A stretch of 64,000 bases of DNA, from the NCBI GenBank assembly GCA_026770705.1, contig JANJGN010000012.1:45880001-45944000 (forward strand). The letters are read 5' to 3'. Positions 23,091-36,330 of this stretch are shown here, piece after piece. The notes under the pieces were generated by a model, which was not told the origin of the DNA, searched no databases, and worked only from the letters and a program-made list of their open reading frames with translations. The stretch is from Isurus oxyrinchus (lineage: Eukaryota). Made by a program: the position numbers and the translations under genes. Every line of letters begins with the position of its first letter. The stretch's first letter is position 1.

Positions 23091-25300
23091 TTAGTGTTCA
23101 AACAGACCCCATTTTGGCAGTTCCATGGCAGTGTGGGAGCCATGAATTTCTGGAGTAGGCCTTTGTGCTCTTGAAGGGCAAAATAGGATTTATTTAAGAG
23201 TCATGATCTAGAGATTTTTAAAATCCCCTGCTCTATTAGCTTGAAAAAAAGGCTTAAACAATTAGCGAGAGTTCAAAAAACACTGTCTTCTGGACTGCTT
23301 TGAGTGAGTGAGTGACAGGCCATCTGATGTAGATTAGAAAAACAACATGATCACCTGTTTTACAGTTTCAATAGAGTTCTTAGTTGACATTTCTCAAAGG
23401 CTGTTAATATGCCATTGTGAATGCTTGGCCAAGTTTCAAAAGCTAAAAAAGCACTATCTCAGTGGGGGTTCTGAGTTCACAGTTTGATTGTCAGGTTAGA
23501 AGGCCTATTAAAAGATTAGCTGCCTTTGATGTTGCTGCTGAATAGTTGTGTTTGTTTTTATAACAGTTTAACCATTTCAGGAGATTTAAAAGCTTTGAAT
23601 GGTTTTCATGAATGTGACTTTTCTCACTACCTAGTGTGTTATGACTGAGGGCTGTATTAGATTCCAAATATACAAACAAGGAGCAGGAGTAGGCCAATAA
23701 GCCCCTCGAGCCTGCTCCACTATTTAATAAGATCATGACTGATCTGATAGAAACCTGAAATCTGCATCCTACCTACCCCCAATAACTAATCACCCCCTTG
23801 CTTACCAAGAATCTATCCGCTGCTGCCTTAAAAATATTCAAAGATGCTGCTTCCACCACCTTTTCAGGAAGAGAGTTCCAAAGACTCATGACCCTCGGTG
23901 TGAAAAAAATTCACCTCATCTCCGTTTTAAATGGGTAGCCCTGTATTTTCAAACAGTGACCCCTAGTTCTAGATTCCTCCACAAAGGGAAATATCCTCTC
24001 CACATCCACCCTATCAAGACCCCTCAGGATCTTATATGTTTCAATCAAACTACCTCTTACTCTTCTAAACTCTAGTGGATACAAGCCTAGTCTGTCCAAC
24101 CTTGCCTCATAAGACAAATTAGTCTGGTAAACCTTCTCTGAACTGCTTCCAACACATTTACATCCTTCCTTAAATAAGGTGACCAATACTGTACACAGTA
24201 CTCCAAATGTGGTCTCACTAAGTGCTCTAGTACTGCCGCTGAAGCATAACCTCCATACTTTTTTATTCAATTCCCCTCACAATAAATGATAACATTCTAT
24301 TAGCTTTCCTAATTACTTGCTGTGCCTGCATACTAGCCTTCTGTGATTCATGCACTAGGGCACCCAGATCTCTCTGTACCTCAGAGCTCTGCAATCTCTC
24401 ACCATTTAGATAATATGCTTTTCTTTTATTCTTCCTGCCAAAATGGACAATTTCACATTTTCATGCATCATACTCCACTTGCCAGATCTTTGCTCTCTCA
24501 CTTAACCTATCTATATCTGTTTGTAGCCTCTTTATGTCCTCTCCACAATTTACTTTCCTACCTTTCTTTGTGTCATCAGCAAATTTGCCCCTTCAATCCC
24601 TTAATCCAAGTCATTTATATAAATTGTAAAAGTTTGAGTTCCCAGCACTGATCCCTGTGGCACACCGCTTGTTACATCTTTCCAACCTGAAAAAGACCCA
24701 TTTATACCTACTCTCTGCTTCCTGTTAGGCAACTAATCTTCTTTCCATGCTAATATGTTACCCTCTGTACCATGAGCTTTATTTTCCGCAATAACCTTTG
24801 ATGTGGCACCTTATCAAATGCCCTCTGGAAATCTAAGTACACAGTTAGTGTTAGAAGTTAACATGTTTTCATCACCACATAGTTCCTGAGATCTGCACAT
24901 GGTGGATACTGTGTGAGTGGCTATGGAAGTGACGTGGTGGGGAGGGGGGGCGGGGGGAGAGAGATGAAGGGGCTTGGGTGTTTGAGGGGGCATGAATTAT
25001 CATGGAAGTGGCAATTGGGGTGTGAGGCCATAGAGGTTGGTTGTGGGGGTGAGGGGCTAGAGTGCCCTACAGCTTCCAAAACAACTGGGGTGACACTCCA
25101 GAGAACCCAGGTGGGCCTTCTAACCAGTCTGTTTCAGCGCCTGCCTGCATCATCAACCATCTACAATCTGCTTCTGGGGTCAGCCTCCCCACCTCTCTGG
25201 AGTAAAATTTGGGTCTAATGGGGCTCCTTAAACTCAGGTGGGCCTGCCAAATTGGGAAATTTTCCAACTTAAACTACCTGCCTCAATAGCAAAAACATTG
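23091..25300. mobile_element. Non-autonomous element copy B (interrupted by CR1 23667-24843)
   Basis: Collinear similarity to 18846-19410 and 22522-23085. Confidence 0.5.
23667..24843 (-). mobile_element. CR1 LINE 3' fragment
   Basis: [36 protein letters not shown], with RT remnants toward 24840. Confidence 0.88.
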
Positions 25301-26474
25301 TTTTAGTTACCTACATTAGAGATGTCAAAACTGTAGCCAAGGGTCAGGTTGCATTCTTGCACAAGTGGTCCAGGGAAATCAGTCCTATTTGTGTTTACCT
25401 TACAGTAATTCCTAGCTTAACATGGTGGTTGCATTCCTAAGAAGTGCAACATTAACTGGAACAATGCTGATTTGCTGTCCTATTGAGTGAGATAACGTTC
25501 CTAATTAACGCTGCTGCACTAAGCACATCATTGATATTCATCTCCTACAGAATGTGAACCTACAGCATAAAACTGCATAGATTCTACTGACCAGGAAGGT
25601 TCAAGGGCTTATTCCTGTTCAGGATGGGATAGCTGATCTTCCCTGGCAGTGAAATGAGAGCTACAACCACCTTCATTGTTCCTGGGGCTACATCAGCCTA
25701 AATCCCCTGATTACTGTCACTCACCTTGATTCCTGGATGTGATAAGAGGACAGGATTGGGTTGGTTTGTGTCTACACTTGTCTGTCTACATTCACTGTGT
25801 AGGGTCCCATATGAAGTATGGTCACTATGACAGTGTGACTGATTTCTGCTGACATCATTACCAGCTTCAGTCTCAGCCAGCAAAAAAGGAGCAAAAATTG
25901 GACCAAAGAAAGAATAAAATCACATATTTGGGTCATTCCGTATCCCCAGAGCATTACCCTAGGCTTCTGGATTATTCGTCCAATGACGTTACCATTACAT
26001 CACCGCCTCTTCCCACATCAAAGCTGCCCGCTTGTCACCTCTCCCCACTAAGTCGCTCCCTTACCCTGCCCTGTATCGACTTCCTCACCATCTGTCCCCC
26101 TGCCATAGCCTCCTGGACTACATGTGTTTCCAGATCCACTGCAATGTGGTTGACTCTTAAATGCCCCCTGAAAGTGCCTAACAAGCCACTCAGTTGTATC
26201 AAACCACTACAAAGTCACAAAAGAGGAATGAAACCGGACAGACCACCAGGCATCGACCTAGGCACTGGAAACAACAATGGCCATCTCAGCCTTGTAGACC
26301 CGAGTCAAACAATAGCCTGACATAGTCACCCTCACGGAATCATATCTTACAGATAACGTCCCAGACACCACAATCGCCATCACCATCCCTGGGTATGTCT
26401 TGTCCCACTGGCAGGACAGAGCCAGCATAGGTGGCAACACAGTGGTATACAATCGAGAGGGAGTTGCCTTGGGA

Positions 26475-28596
26475 GGAGCAGTGAGGGGCGTTCAAAAAGG
26501 AAATGGGGAGGGTACAGACTCAATATGTTCCCTCTAGGGTGATAGGAAGGAGTAACAAGCCCAGAGAACCATGGATGACCAGAGATATTCAGGTTATGAT
26601 GAGAAGGAAAAGAGAGGCTTTAAGCAGGTACAAGGGAAGCAAATCAGCAGAGGCATTAGTGGAGTACAGAAAGTGCAGGGTGGAACTTAAGAAAACAATT
26701 AGGAGAGCAAAGAGTGGATATGAGAAAGCTCTGGCTGGTAAAAGTAGGGAAAATCCCAAGATATTCAATAAGTATATCAATAGGAAGAGGATAAACCAAG
26801 GAAAGAGTAAGGCCCATAAGGGAGCAAGGGGGCAATCAATTGGTGAAGCCAGATGACATCGCTAGAGTGTTGAATGAATACTTCACATCCGTCTTCACCC
26901 AAGAGAATGAGGATGAAGTTATGGAACTCAGGAAGAGAGACTGCGAGGTTCTTAAGCAAATTGATATAGGGAGTGACAAGATATTGGAGGTGTTGGCAGG
27001 CTTAAAAGTGGATAAATCTCCAGGTCCAGATGATTTGTGTCCCAGACTGCTGAGGGTGGCAAGGGAAGAGATCGCAGGGGCTCTGACCCAAATTTCTAAT
27101 TCCTCTCTGGCCACGGGGGAGGTGTCAGAGGGTTGGAGAACAGCTAATGTGGTTCTACTATTTAAGAAGGGTTGTAGAGATAAGCCAGGGAACTACAGGC
27201 CAGTGAGTCTCAAGTCAGTGGTAGGAAAACTATTGGAGAAAATTCTGAAGGAGAGAATCTATCTCTACTTGGAGGGGCAAGGTTTGATCATCAAGGGATC
27301 GTCAGCATGGCTTTGTCAGAGGGAGTTCATGCCTAACAAATTTGATTGAATTTTTTGAGGAGGTGACCAGGTGTGCAGATCAGAGTAGTGTAGTTGATGT
27401 AGTTTATATGGATTTCAGCAAAGCCTTTGACAAGGTCCCACATGGGAGACTTATAAAGAAGGCAAATGCACATGGGATACAGAGTAATTTGATAAGGTGG
27501 ATTCAAAATTGGCTTAGCTGTAGCAGACAGAGGGTGATGACAGAAGGATGTTTTAGTGACTGGAAGCCAGTGTCCAGTGCCATACCACAGGGATCTGTGC
27601 TGGGTCCCCTATTATTTGTCATTTATATAAACGACATAGATGACCATGTGGGGGGTATGATTAGTAAAGTTGCGGATGACACAAAGATTGGCTGGGTGGT
27701 TAACAGTGAGGTTGAGTGTTTTGGGCTACAGGAAGATATAGACGGGATGGTCAAATTGGCAGATAAGTGGCAGATAGAATTTAACCCTGAAAAATGTGAG
27801 GTGATACACTTTGGAAGGAGTAATTTGACAAGGAAGTATTCAATGAATGGCATGGCACTAGGAAGTTCTGAGGAACAAAGGGACCTTAGCGTGTGTGTCC
27901 ATAGATCTCTGAAGGTGGAGGCGCATGTTAGTGGAGTGGTGAAAAAGGCATATGGGACACTTGCCTTTATCAATCGAGGCATAGATTACAAAAGTAGGGA
28001 GGTCATGTTGGAGTTGTATAGAATCTTAGTGAGGCCACAGCTGGAGTACTGTGTGCAGTTCTGGTCGCCACATTATAGGAAGGATGTGATTGCACTGGCG
28101 GGGGGTGCAGAGGAGATTCACCAGGATGTTGCCTGGGATGAAACATTTAAGTTATGAAGAGAGGTTGGATAGACTTGGGTTGTTTTTGTTGGAGCAGAGA
28201 AGACTGAGGAGCGACCTGATCGAGGTGTACAAGATTATGAGTGGCATGGACAGGGTGGATAGGGAGCAGCTGTTCCCCTTAGTTGAAGGGTCATTCACAA
28301 GGGAGCATAAGTTCAATGTGAGGGGCAGGAGGTTTAGGGGGGATGTGAGGAAAAGCTTTTTTACCCAGAGGGTGGTGACAGTCTGGAATGCACTGCCTGG
28401 GAGAGTGGTGGAGGCAGGTTGCCTCACATCCTTTAAAAAGTACATGGATGAACACTTGGCACGTCATAACATTCAAGGCAATAGGCCAAGTGCTGGTAAA
28501 TGGGATTAGGTAGGTAGGTCAGGTGCTTCGCATGTGTTGGTGCAGACTCAATGGGCCGAAGGGCCTCTTCTGCACTGTTTGATTCTGTGATTCTGT
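26475..28596 (+). mobile_element. CR1 LINE, 5'-truncated 2.1 kb, nested in the second-family LINE
   Basis: RT ORFs 26840-28509 and a GATTCTGT-repeat tail. Nearly identical to the reverse complement of ~6930-9020. Confidence 0.95.
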
Positions 28597-31234
28597 GAGT
28601 CCTCAACATCGACTCTGTGTCCAACGAAATTTCGTGGGATATGGTCAAAAATGGGCAAGGATACCTCCGGCTGATTACCACGTATCGCCATCCCTCAGCT
28701 GATGAATTAGTGCTCCAATATGAAGGAAGCATTGTGGGTGGCAATGGTGCAGAATGTACACTGGAGGGTTGGGGGGATGGGGGTGGTGGTGGGGATGGGG
28801 TCTTCAATGTTCATCACCAAGAGTGGCTCAGTAGCACAGTAGTACCACTACTGACCGAGCTGGCTGAGTCCTAAAGGACATAGCTGCTAGACTGTGTCTG
28901 CAGTAGGTGCTGAGGGAACCAAAAAGAGGGAAAAACATACTTGACCTCATCCTCACCAACCTGCCTGCCGCAGATTCATCTGTCCACAACAATATTGATC
29001 GGAGTGACCACCTCACAGTCGTTGTGGTGACAAAGACCCACCTTCACAGTGTGGATACCCTCCATTGTGTTGTGTGGCACTACCACTGTGCTAAATGGGA
29101 TAGATTTCAAACAGATCTACCAACTCAAGACTGGGTATCCATGAGGCGCTATGGGCCATCAGCAGCAGCAGAATTGTACTTGAACACAACCTATAACCTC
29201 ATGGCCCAGCATATCCTCCACTCTACCATTACCATCAAGCCAGGGGATCAACCCTGGTTCAATGATAAGTGCGGGGGGCATGCCAGGAGCAGCACCAGGC
29301 ATACCTAACAATGAGGTGTCAACCTGGTGAAGCTATAACCCAGGACTACTTGTGTGCCAAACAGCATAAGCAGCAATTGATCCCACAAGCAAAGGATTAG
29401 GTATAAGCTCTGCAGTCCTGCCACATCCAGTCATAAATGGCCGTGGACAATTAAACAACTTATTCGAGGAGGAGGCTTCACAAATATCCCTATCCTCAAT
29501 GAAAGAGGAGCCCAGCACATCAGTGCAAAAGATAAGGCTGAAACATTTGCTACAATCTTCAGCCAAAAGTGCCAAGTGGATGATCCATCTCGGCCTCCTT
29601 TGGAGTGCCCCAGAGTCACAGATGCCAGTCTTCAGCCAATTCACTTCACTCCATGTGATATCAAGAAATGGCTGAAGGCACTGGGTGCTGCAAAGGCTAT
29701 GGACCCTAACAATATTCTGGCAATAGCACTGAAGACTTGTGCTCCAGATGTTACCGCATCCCTAGCCAAGCTGTTCCTGTATAACTACAACACTGGCATC
29801 TACCCAGCTAAATGGGAAATTGCCCAGGTATGTCCTATACACAAAAAGAGGGACAAATCCAACCCGGCCAATTACCACCCCATCAGTCTACTCTCAATCA
29901 TCAGTAAAGTAATGGAAAGGGTCATCAACAGTGCTATCAAGCGACACTTGTTTAGCAGTAACTTGTTCACTGATACCCGGTTTGGGTTTTGCCAAGGCCA
30001 CTCAGGTCCTGACCTCATTACAGCCTTGATTCACACATGGACAAAAGACCTGAACTCCAGAGGTGAGGTGAAAGTGACTGCCTTTGACATCAAGGCCGCA
30101 ATTGACTGAGTGTCATCAATGTGCCCTAGCAAAACTGGAGTCAACGGGAATCAGGGGGTAAACTGCAATTTAAAAAAAAATTTCAAGCAACAAATATATA
30201 CAAAGCAAATTAAATCAGCAGAGAAATTACCAACATGGTGTTAATTTCTTAGATACTTTTAACTTTTCTTTGACTCTAAAAGAACAAAGCATTTTGAGAT
30301 TCTCACAGTCCTTTACCTTGGCCATTTATGTGAGTTGTTGCCATACATGAATATCTTGGCAATCCCAGAGTTAAGTCTCGCCATGGTAATCTGAAACGGG
30401 TTATTCGAATGGTCATGAGCAGCCATTACAAGGCCTTTTCGCCAGAAAATCCTCTCAAATCATAAGTACTAATTTTGAGATCCCCTCACTATTCTCCTGA
30501 CATAATGCACCCCTCATGAGGATTGCCATTACAGAGCAATAACCTGCCCACCAATACTCAGTTTAGATTCTGCCAAGGCTACTTGGCTTGTGACCTCATT
30601 ACAGCCATGATTCAAACATGGACAAAGGAGCTGAACTCAAGAGGTGAAGTGAGAATGAATGTCCTTGACAGCTAGGCAGCATTTGGGAGCCCTCGCAAAA
30701 TCAGGGAATCAAGGGGAAAACTCTCCACTGGTTGGAGTCATACCTAGCACAAAGGAAGATGGTTGTGGTTGTTGGAGGTCAATCAGTTGGACATTGCTGT
30801 AGAGGTTCCTGAGGATAGTGTCTAGGGCCCAACCATTTTCAGCTGCTTCATCAGTGACCTTCCTTCCATCATAAGGTCAGAAGTGGAGACATTCACTGAC
30901 GGTTGCACAATGTTCAGCACCAGTCGCAACTCAGATACTGAAGCAGTTGGGCTGATAAGTGCCAAGTAACATTTGTGCCACGCAAGTGCTAGTCAATGAC
31001 CATATCCAAAAGACGGATTCTAACCATCTCCCCGTGACATTCAATGGTATTAACATTGCTGAATTCCCCACCATCAACAACCTGGGAGCTACATTTGACC
31101 AAAAACTGAACGGATCTAGCAATATAAATACTATGGCTAGAAGAAAAGGTCAGAGGCTGGGAATTCTGTGGTGAGTAACTTGGTCCTGACTCCCCAAAGT
31201 CTGTCCACTGTCTAAAAGGCACAAGTCAGGAGTG

Positions 31235-31336
31235 AAACAAAAGCAGAAAATGCTGGAAAGATTCAGCAGATCTAACAGCATCTGTGGAGAGAAAAACAGA
31301 GTTAACGTTTTGAGTCCGTATGACTCTTCTTCAGTG
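31235..31336 (-). mobile_element. Short PLE pLTR insertion containing a hammerhead motif
   Basis: Minus strand CTGAAGA-A-GAGTC-ATACG-GACTC-AAAAC-GTT-AAC. TSD CAAGTCAGGA(G/A)TG at 31222-31234 and 31337-31349. Confidence 0.7.
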
Positions 31337-31349
31337 CAAGTCAGGAATG

Positions 31350-32275
31350 ACTTGGGCCCCAGCTATTCACAATCGATATCAATGTTTTGGATGTGGGGAC
31401 CAAATGTAATATTTCCACGTTTGCTGATGACACAAAACTAGGTTGGAATGTGAGTAGTGAGGTGGATGCAAAGAGGCTTCAAGTGGATTTAGACAGATTA
31501 ACTGAATGGGAAAGAACATAGCAGATGGAATGTGAAAAAAATGTGAAATTTTCCAATTTGGTAGAAAAAACAAAAATGCAGAGTATTTTTTAAATGTTAA
31601 GAGATTATGAAGTGTCAATGTCCAAAGAGACCTGGCTATCCTTGTTCATGAGTCACTGAAAGAATTAGGGCACACTGTCTCAGAATAAGAGATGGTGATT
31701 TAGGACTGGGATGAGGAGGGATTTATTACACTTAGAGGTAAATCTTTGGAGCTCTCTACCCCAGAGGGCTGTGGAGGCTCAATCATTGAGTATGTTCAAA
31801 ACAGAGGTCATACAAACATATGAATAAGGAGCAAGAGTAGACCATTCAGTCTCTAGAGTCTGCTCCACCATTCAATAAGACCATGGCTGATCTGATTGTG
31901 GCCTCAACTCCACAATTCCACCTATCTGTGATAACCTTTGACTCCCTTGTTAGTCAAGAATCTATTTACCTCTACCTTAAAAATATTCAGACTCTACCCC
32001 CATCGCTCTCTAGGAAGATAGTTCCAATGATTGACGACCCTCTGAGGGAAAGAATTTCTTCTCATCTCCATCTTAAATGGGAGGCATCTTATTTTTAAAC
32101 TGTGTCCCCTAGTTCCAGTAATCAATAGATTTCTAGATAGTAAAAACGTCAAGGGATATGCAGATAATGTGGGAAAATGTCTTTGAAGTAGAAGATCAGC
32201 TATGATCTAATTGAATGGTGGATCACGATCAAGGGCCGAATGGCCTACTCCTGCTCCTATTTCCTATGTTCCTAT
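31350..32275 (+). mobile_element. Rearranged CR1 fragments (with an inverted CR1 3' end at ~31810-32118)
   Basis: tttgctgatgacacaaaacta (FADDTK) and a CR1 3' UTR ending ttcctatgttcctatg. Confidence 0.7.
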
Positions 32276-33449
32276 GATGTAATACTCCCCACTGGATGAG
32301 CATGGCTCCAACAACACTCAAGAAGCTTGACACCATCCAGGAAAAAGCAGCTCACTTGATTGACCCCCCCATCCACCACCTTAAACCTTCAACTCCCTCT
32401 ATCACTAGCATACCATGGCACTGGTGTGTACCATCTACAAGATACACTGCAGTAACTTACCAAAGCTCCATCGGCAGTCCCCTTCATAGCTATGATCTCT
32501 ACCACCTAGAACAAGGTCACCAGTACACCATCCTAACATGGAACTATATTGCTGTTCCTTCACTGTGGCTGGGTCAAAAATTTAGAACTCCCTTCCTAAC
32601 AGCACTGTGGGTGACAGTACATGGATGCCAGTGGTTCAGGAAGGCAACTTATCACCACTTCTCAAGGGAAATTAGGGATGGGGAACAAAAAGTCTCCACT
32701 CCAAACTCTTATTAGTCATTGCCTCATTTTTGCTTTCTCTGTAATCTCCTCCAGGCATACAATCCTGCATTCTCTGGAATCACCATCCCTCTGACTGGTC
32801 TTTTTTGTATTCTGTCCTCCCTTTGCCCCACCTTTGACAGCTGTGCCTTCAGCCTACTAACCCCATTGCTCTGAAATTCCCTCTCTAAACCCTCTTCACT
32901 TCCCTCTCTGCCTAGAAGACTTAGGTTGAAACCCTTTCTTTGACCAAGTTTTTGGTCACCCCTTATAATATCTCCTTCCTTGGCTTGGTGTCCTTTCAGT
33001 CTGATTACATTTCTAAAAATCATCATGGGTGTTTGAGGAATTTTATAAAGACAATTTTTTGCTGATGGGAATGGTGGAGGATGTGATCTAATTTGTGACT
33101 CCTGATTTCCTTCTTTGGAAATCAAAGTCTGTACGATTTTATCTGGTAGATTTTAATCCCATGTAGTGTTTCCCAGCACTTTATTATTTTAAGTCAAATT
33201 GACTCTTGCTGGGTGAAGGTGAAGTAGATTCAACTGTAGTGGGATAGAGCTCTTAAGTGATCTGCTGTACTCAGCACATCATCAATAATCATCTCCTGGA
33301 GTGAGAGAATTTACAGCATAAAACTGCTAACTTTTAAAACAAGATCAATTTCCCAAATGATCAACGGAAATAATCGAAGAGCAAAATTTTAATTTTAAGG
33401 CTTTTGTTGTAACAGACAAGCTAAACTCAATAAGTATTTTTGCTGAAAA

Positions 33450-34230
33450 AGAGGCATTTTGTCAAAGCTTCTCATCTTACACTCATCAGGACAATTTGCA
33501 AGAAAATGCTGCTGTATGAAAAGAGAGTGGATTCAATTGGTAGAGATGTTGCCATGGAGAATGTGCCAGTTGATGGTGACTGACAGTTAACTACCAAGCA
33601 TTGCTTGAAATTTAAACCAGGCAGCCTGACTCTGATTGGTCAAGAATTACCCTGGGGAATGAATCAGCGAAAGGCTGTCACTTATTTTGTTTAGTTGAAA
33701 CAGGTGCAATGTGTGTACATGTTCTTTTTGTCTGCAAAGAACAGGGCCCTGTGTATTAATATATGTAGCTTCCAATGTGCCACACCGCGAGCCCAACTAA
33801 AAACGTTAAATTGGTTGTCAGCATAATTCTTAGGGCACTGAGGATTATTTAGCAAACGTTGTCCAATTGCAGAATCATATCTAATGTTGGATATTGTGTT
33901 TTGAGTTTTGCAAGTGAGGGTTGGTTGGGTATGGCCCATACCTTGCCTGTTGTGAACAGCGGAAGGGACATGTTGTTTGATATGATCTGCCATTCTTTGG
34001 AACATACAGCCTACATACCTAGCATCACACCAGCACTGAAATTCTTGTACCACATTATTCATTTGTGTGGCAGGAAGAATGTCTTTTTGGCTTGACCCTG
34101 TTAGTGGTGAATGCCACTCGTGTTGCTACAGCACAGTAGCAGCGTGAAACAATGAGCTTCACCTGATGCTCAAATTTTTGAGGTATCTTGTCCTTACAGG
34201 ATAATCTGAGGTAGACAGGGCACTTTTCAT
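33450..34230 (-). mobile_element. Penelope-like element of a second family, 3' fragment
   Basis: GIY-YIG-like NVVQEFQCWCDARYVG..QRMADHIKQHVP (ORF 33691-34062). CTGATGAGTG motif on the minus strand at ~33480-33489. Confidence 0.75.
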
Positions 34231-35332
34231 GGCTACACTAGGTCAAATATTCCAGTGTCCCTTAAAAATTGTTCTCTCAACCTCAGTTTTCCAGATTCAA
34301 TTTTTACCAGCAAGGCCCACCTCAGCGATTTCTTGTTCCTTAAATCCCCAAACGTGCTTTCTGTTCTCTCCACTTCCTTTCAAACAAAAAAACTCTCACA
34401 AGCATCCTACTTGGTTGTTAACACAAGTTGGTCCTTCTGCTTCTCCACATCAGTAGCTGCTTTGTCTTGCTCTCTATAGCATAATCTTCTTTGTCTCTCT
34501 CTGTGTATTAAACGCACATGTCCCTTTTCTGTGAGATAATGTGTAAAGCTGTGAAAACTGTCATTTGATATTTCAATATATTTCTGTTTGAGTTTCTCCT
34601 CCCATGGCAACCAGATCCCATGGGCCTGTCTCTGAGCTAAAGTGTTTCCAAAATTCTCAATCTCTCCTTAAGTTAAAGGGAACATTTTAGAACATAACCA
34701 TCTTATAAAGGCTAGCTCCATAACACACTCTACACTAACTGTATAGGATCTCACATGAAGAATGGTCACTAGGACATGTAACTGATTGCTGACACCCTCA
34801 CCAGTCTGTGCCATAGCTTCCATAAAAGGAGGGAGATCTGGAGAAAAAAAAAATCATAGTTGGGCCATTTTACCTTTGGTGGAAGTATAAAATGGATAAC
34901 GAAGGCCAGAAATGCAGTTTAACTTCATCCCAATCCTCTTCAACATTTAAATAAGGTGCAATTAGCTCACAATGTTCTGATTCTAGGAAAATAACATCAT
35001 CAGATAATAGAATTTACCCAGATGTTAGAATATGTTTAACAGTCTTAATAGTCAATTATTATTTGATAGCAGGTTAGTATCTGATAGTCAGGTAGCTGGC
35101 AAGTTAGGACATTTGTAGCTAGTTTGAACTCCAGCCCCTTGCCTGTTGACCATGTCACTCAATGTTGAAACAGCGAAAACACACGTGACGAAATTATCCA
35201 ACATGAACTGAGGGGGTTCACCAATACATTGTACCGAGACTCCAAGAGTCACTCACTAAGTACCCTACAGTGATGAGCTTGTTTTACAGAGAATGTTTCC
35301 ATTGGTTTCTCTGCTATGAAGCTATAGTAACA

Positions 35333-35477
35333 AAATAAAAGCAAAATACTGTGGATGCTGGAAATCTAATATAAAAACAGGAAATGCCGGAAAACTCAGC
35401 AGTTCTGGCAGCATCTGTGGAGCGGGAAACAGAGTTAACATTTCGAGTCCAAATTACACTTCTTTAGAGCTGAAGAG
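35333..35477 (-). mobile_element. Short PLE pLTR insertion
   Basis: pLTR sequence as in 38270-38403, reversed. 13-bp TSD AGCTA(T/C)AGTAACA at 35320-35332 and 35478-35490. Confidence 0.75.
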
Positions 35478-35694
35478 AGCTACAGTAACATGTGCTGTAT
35501 CAATGTGTGGTACAGAAATGTGTCACTGGAATCCAGTTTTATTAATGAGAAAACCACAAGATAAAATTATGTCCTTGTTTAAAGTTTCTTGCCCAATATA
35601 TCCCATGGGAGTTTTTATGTTTGCCTGCTTCTTCTATCCAGGGCTGGAGTTTAAATTGCAGGTCAATTAAAACAAGAACTCTGCTATACCACAT

Positions 35695-35940
35695 TCAGAG
35701 TGCTAGTAATAGAAGATCCATTGAGGAGCTGCTCCTGGTGTTTGCTTGTATGAATAAACATAATTGTCATCATCCATTCCAGTGTTGCAGTCCAATGTGG
35801 CTGTGTTTCTCAATTTTACTGTCGGGTCTGGAGGCTGAGTCAGAGTTTGACACTGTCCATCTGTAAAAGAGCAGAGATTAAAATTTTTAATCAACTATTT
35901 AAAAGGAATCCCAAACCCCCACCCCCATGTGCTGCTGCAG
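35695..35940 (-). pseudogene. Inverted, truncated Ig sigma-like V fragment (V3) with the 3' part of its leader intron
   Basis: Acceptor TTTTACAG, exon start at 35860: GQCQTLTQPPDPTVKLRNTATLDCNTGMDDDNYVYSYKQTPGAAPQWIFYY*HS. No FR3, RSS or leader. 35861-35940 is homologous to the V1 intron 5937-6019. Confidence 0.88.
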
Positions 35941-36062
35941 TCGTTTCTTATACAAGAAACTATCTTCTGTTTAAAATGCAAGTAGTATCTAACAGGACTG
36001 AGGTGTTACTACATCAGTCTGAATCTCTGATGCTGAATGGGAGGGTTTCAAATCCTTGCTCT

Positions 36063-36118
36063 GATTGGTCACTCTAACTTGCATGGATTTCCTTCCTGAT
36101 GTGAATGGGTTTATAACT
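36063..36118 (+). promoter_or_regulatory. V2 promoter: inverted CCAAT, mutated octamer (ACTTGCAT), TATA-like TTATAAC
   Basis: Homologous to 5233-5291 + 5775 onward, ~80-130 bp upstream of the leader ATG. Confidence 0.7.
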
Positions 36119-36195
36119 GGGTTCAATGGGCAGCTGCTGCCACAGTCTGTCACAAATACACTGGGTGAAGGGAAGCAGGAAGCTCACTGGCAGAA

Positions 36196-36244
36196 ATGAC
36201 ACGGATGTTGTGTTTTTTCTGATCTCTGGCACTGTGGCTGGGCT
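36196..36244 (+). pseudogene. V2 leader exon with in-frame stop
   Basis: MTRMLCFF*SLALWLG|GTAAGT, with TGA at 36220-36222. Confidence 0.85.
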
Positions 36245-36330
36245 GTAAGTACAAACACTGAACTCTGCTCCTGGAGCAGAGGGAGGGAAACTTGGGGTCT
36301 TTTTTTAAAGGGTCAATGAACAATGTTTAA

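Larger units (their letters stand above)
26131..32690 (+). mobile_element. APE-RT LINE (second family), fragmented by nested CR1 and PLE insertions
   Basis: Pieces at 26131-26474, 28597-30165, ~30560-31234 and 32276-32690 are collinear with 42610-46145 (LDLILTNLP, KSNPANYHPISLLS, TAFDIKAAID). Confidence 0.8.
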
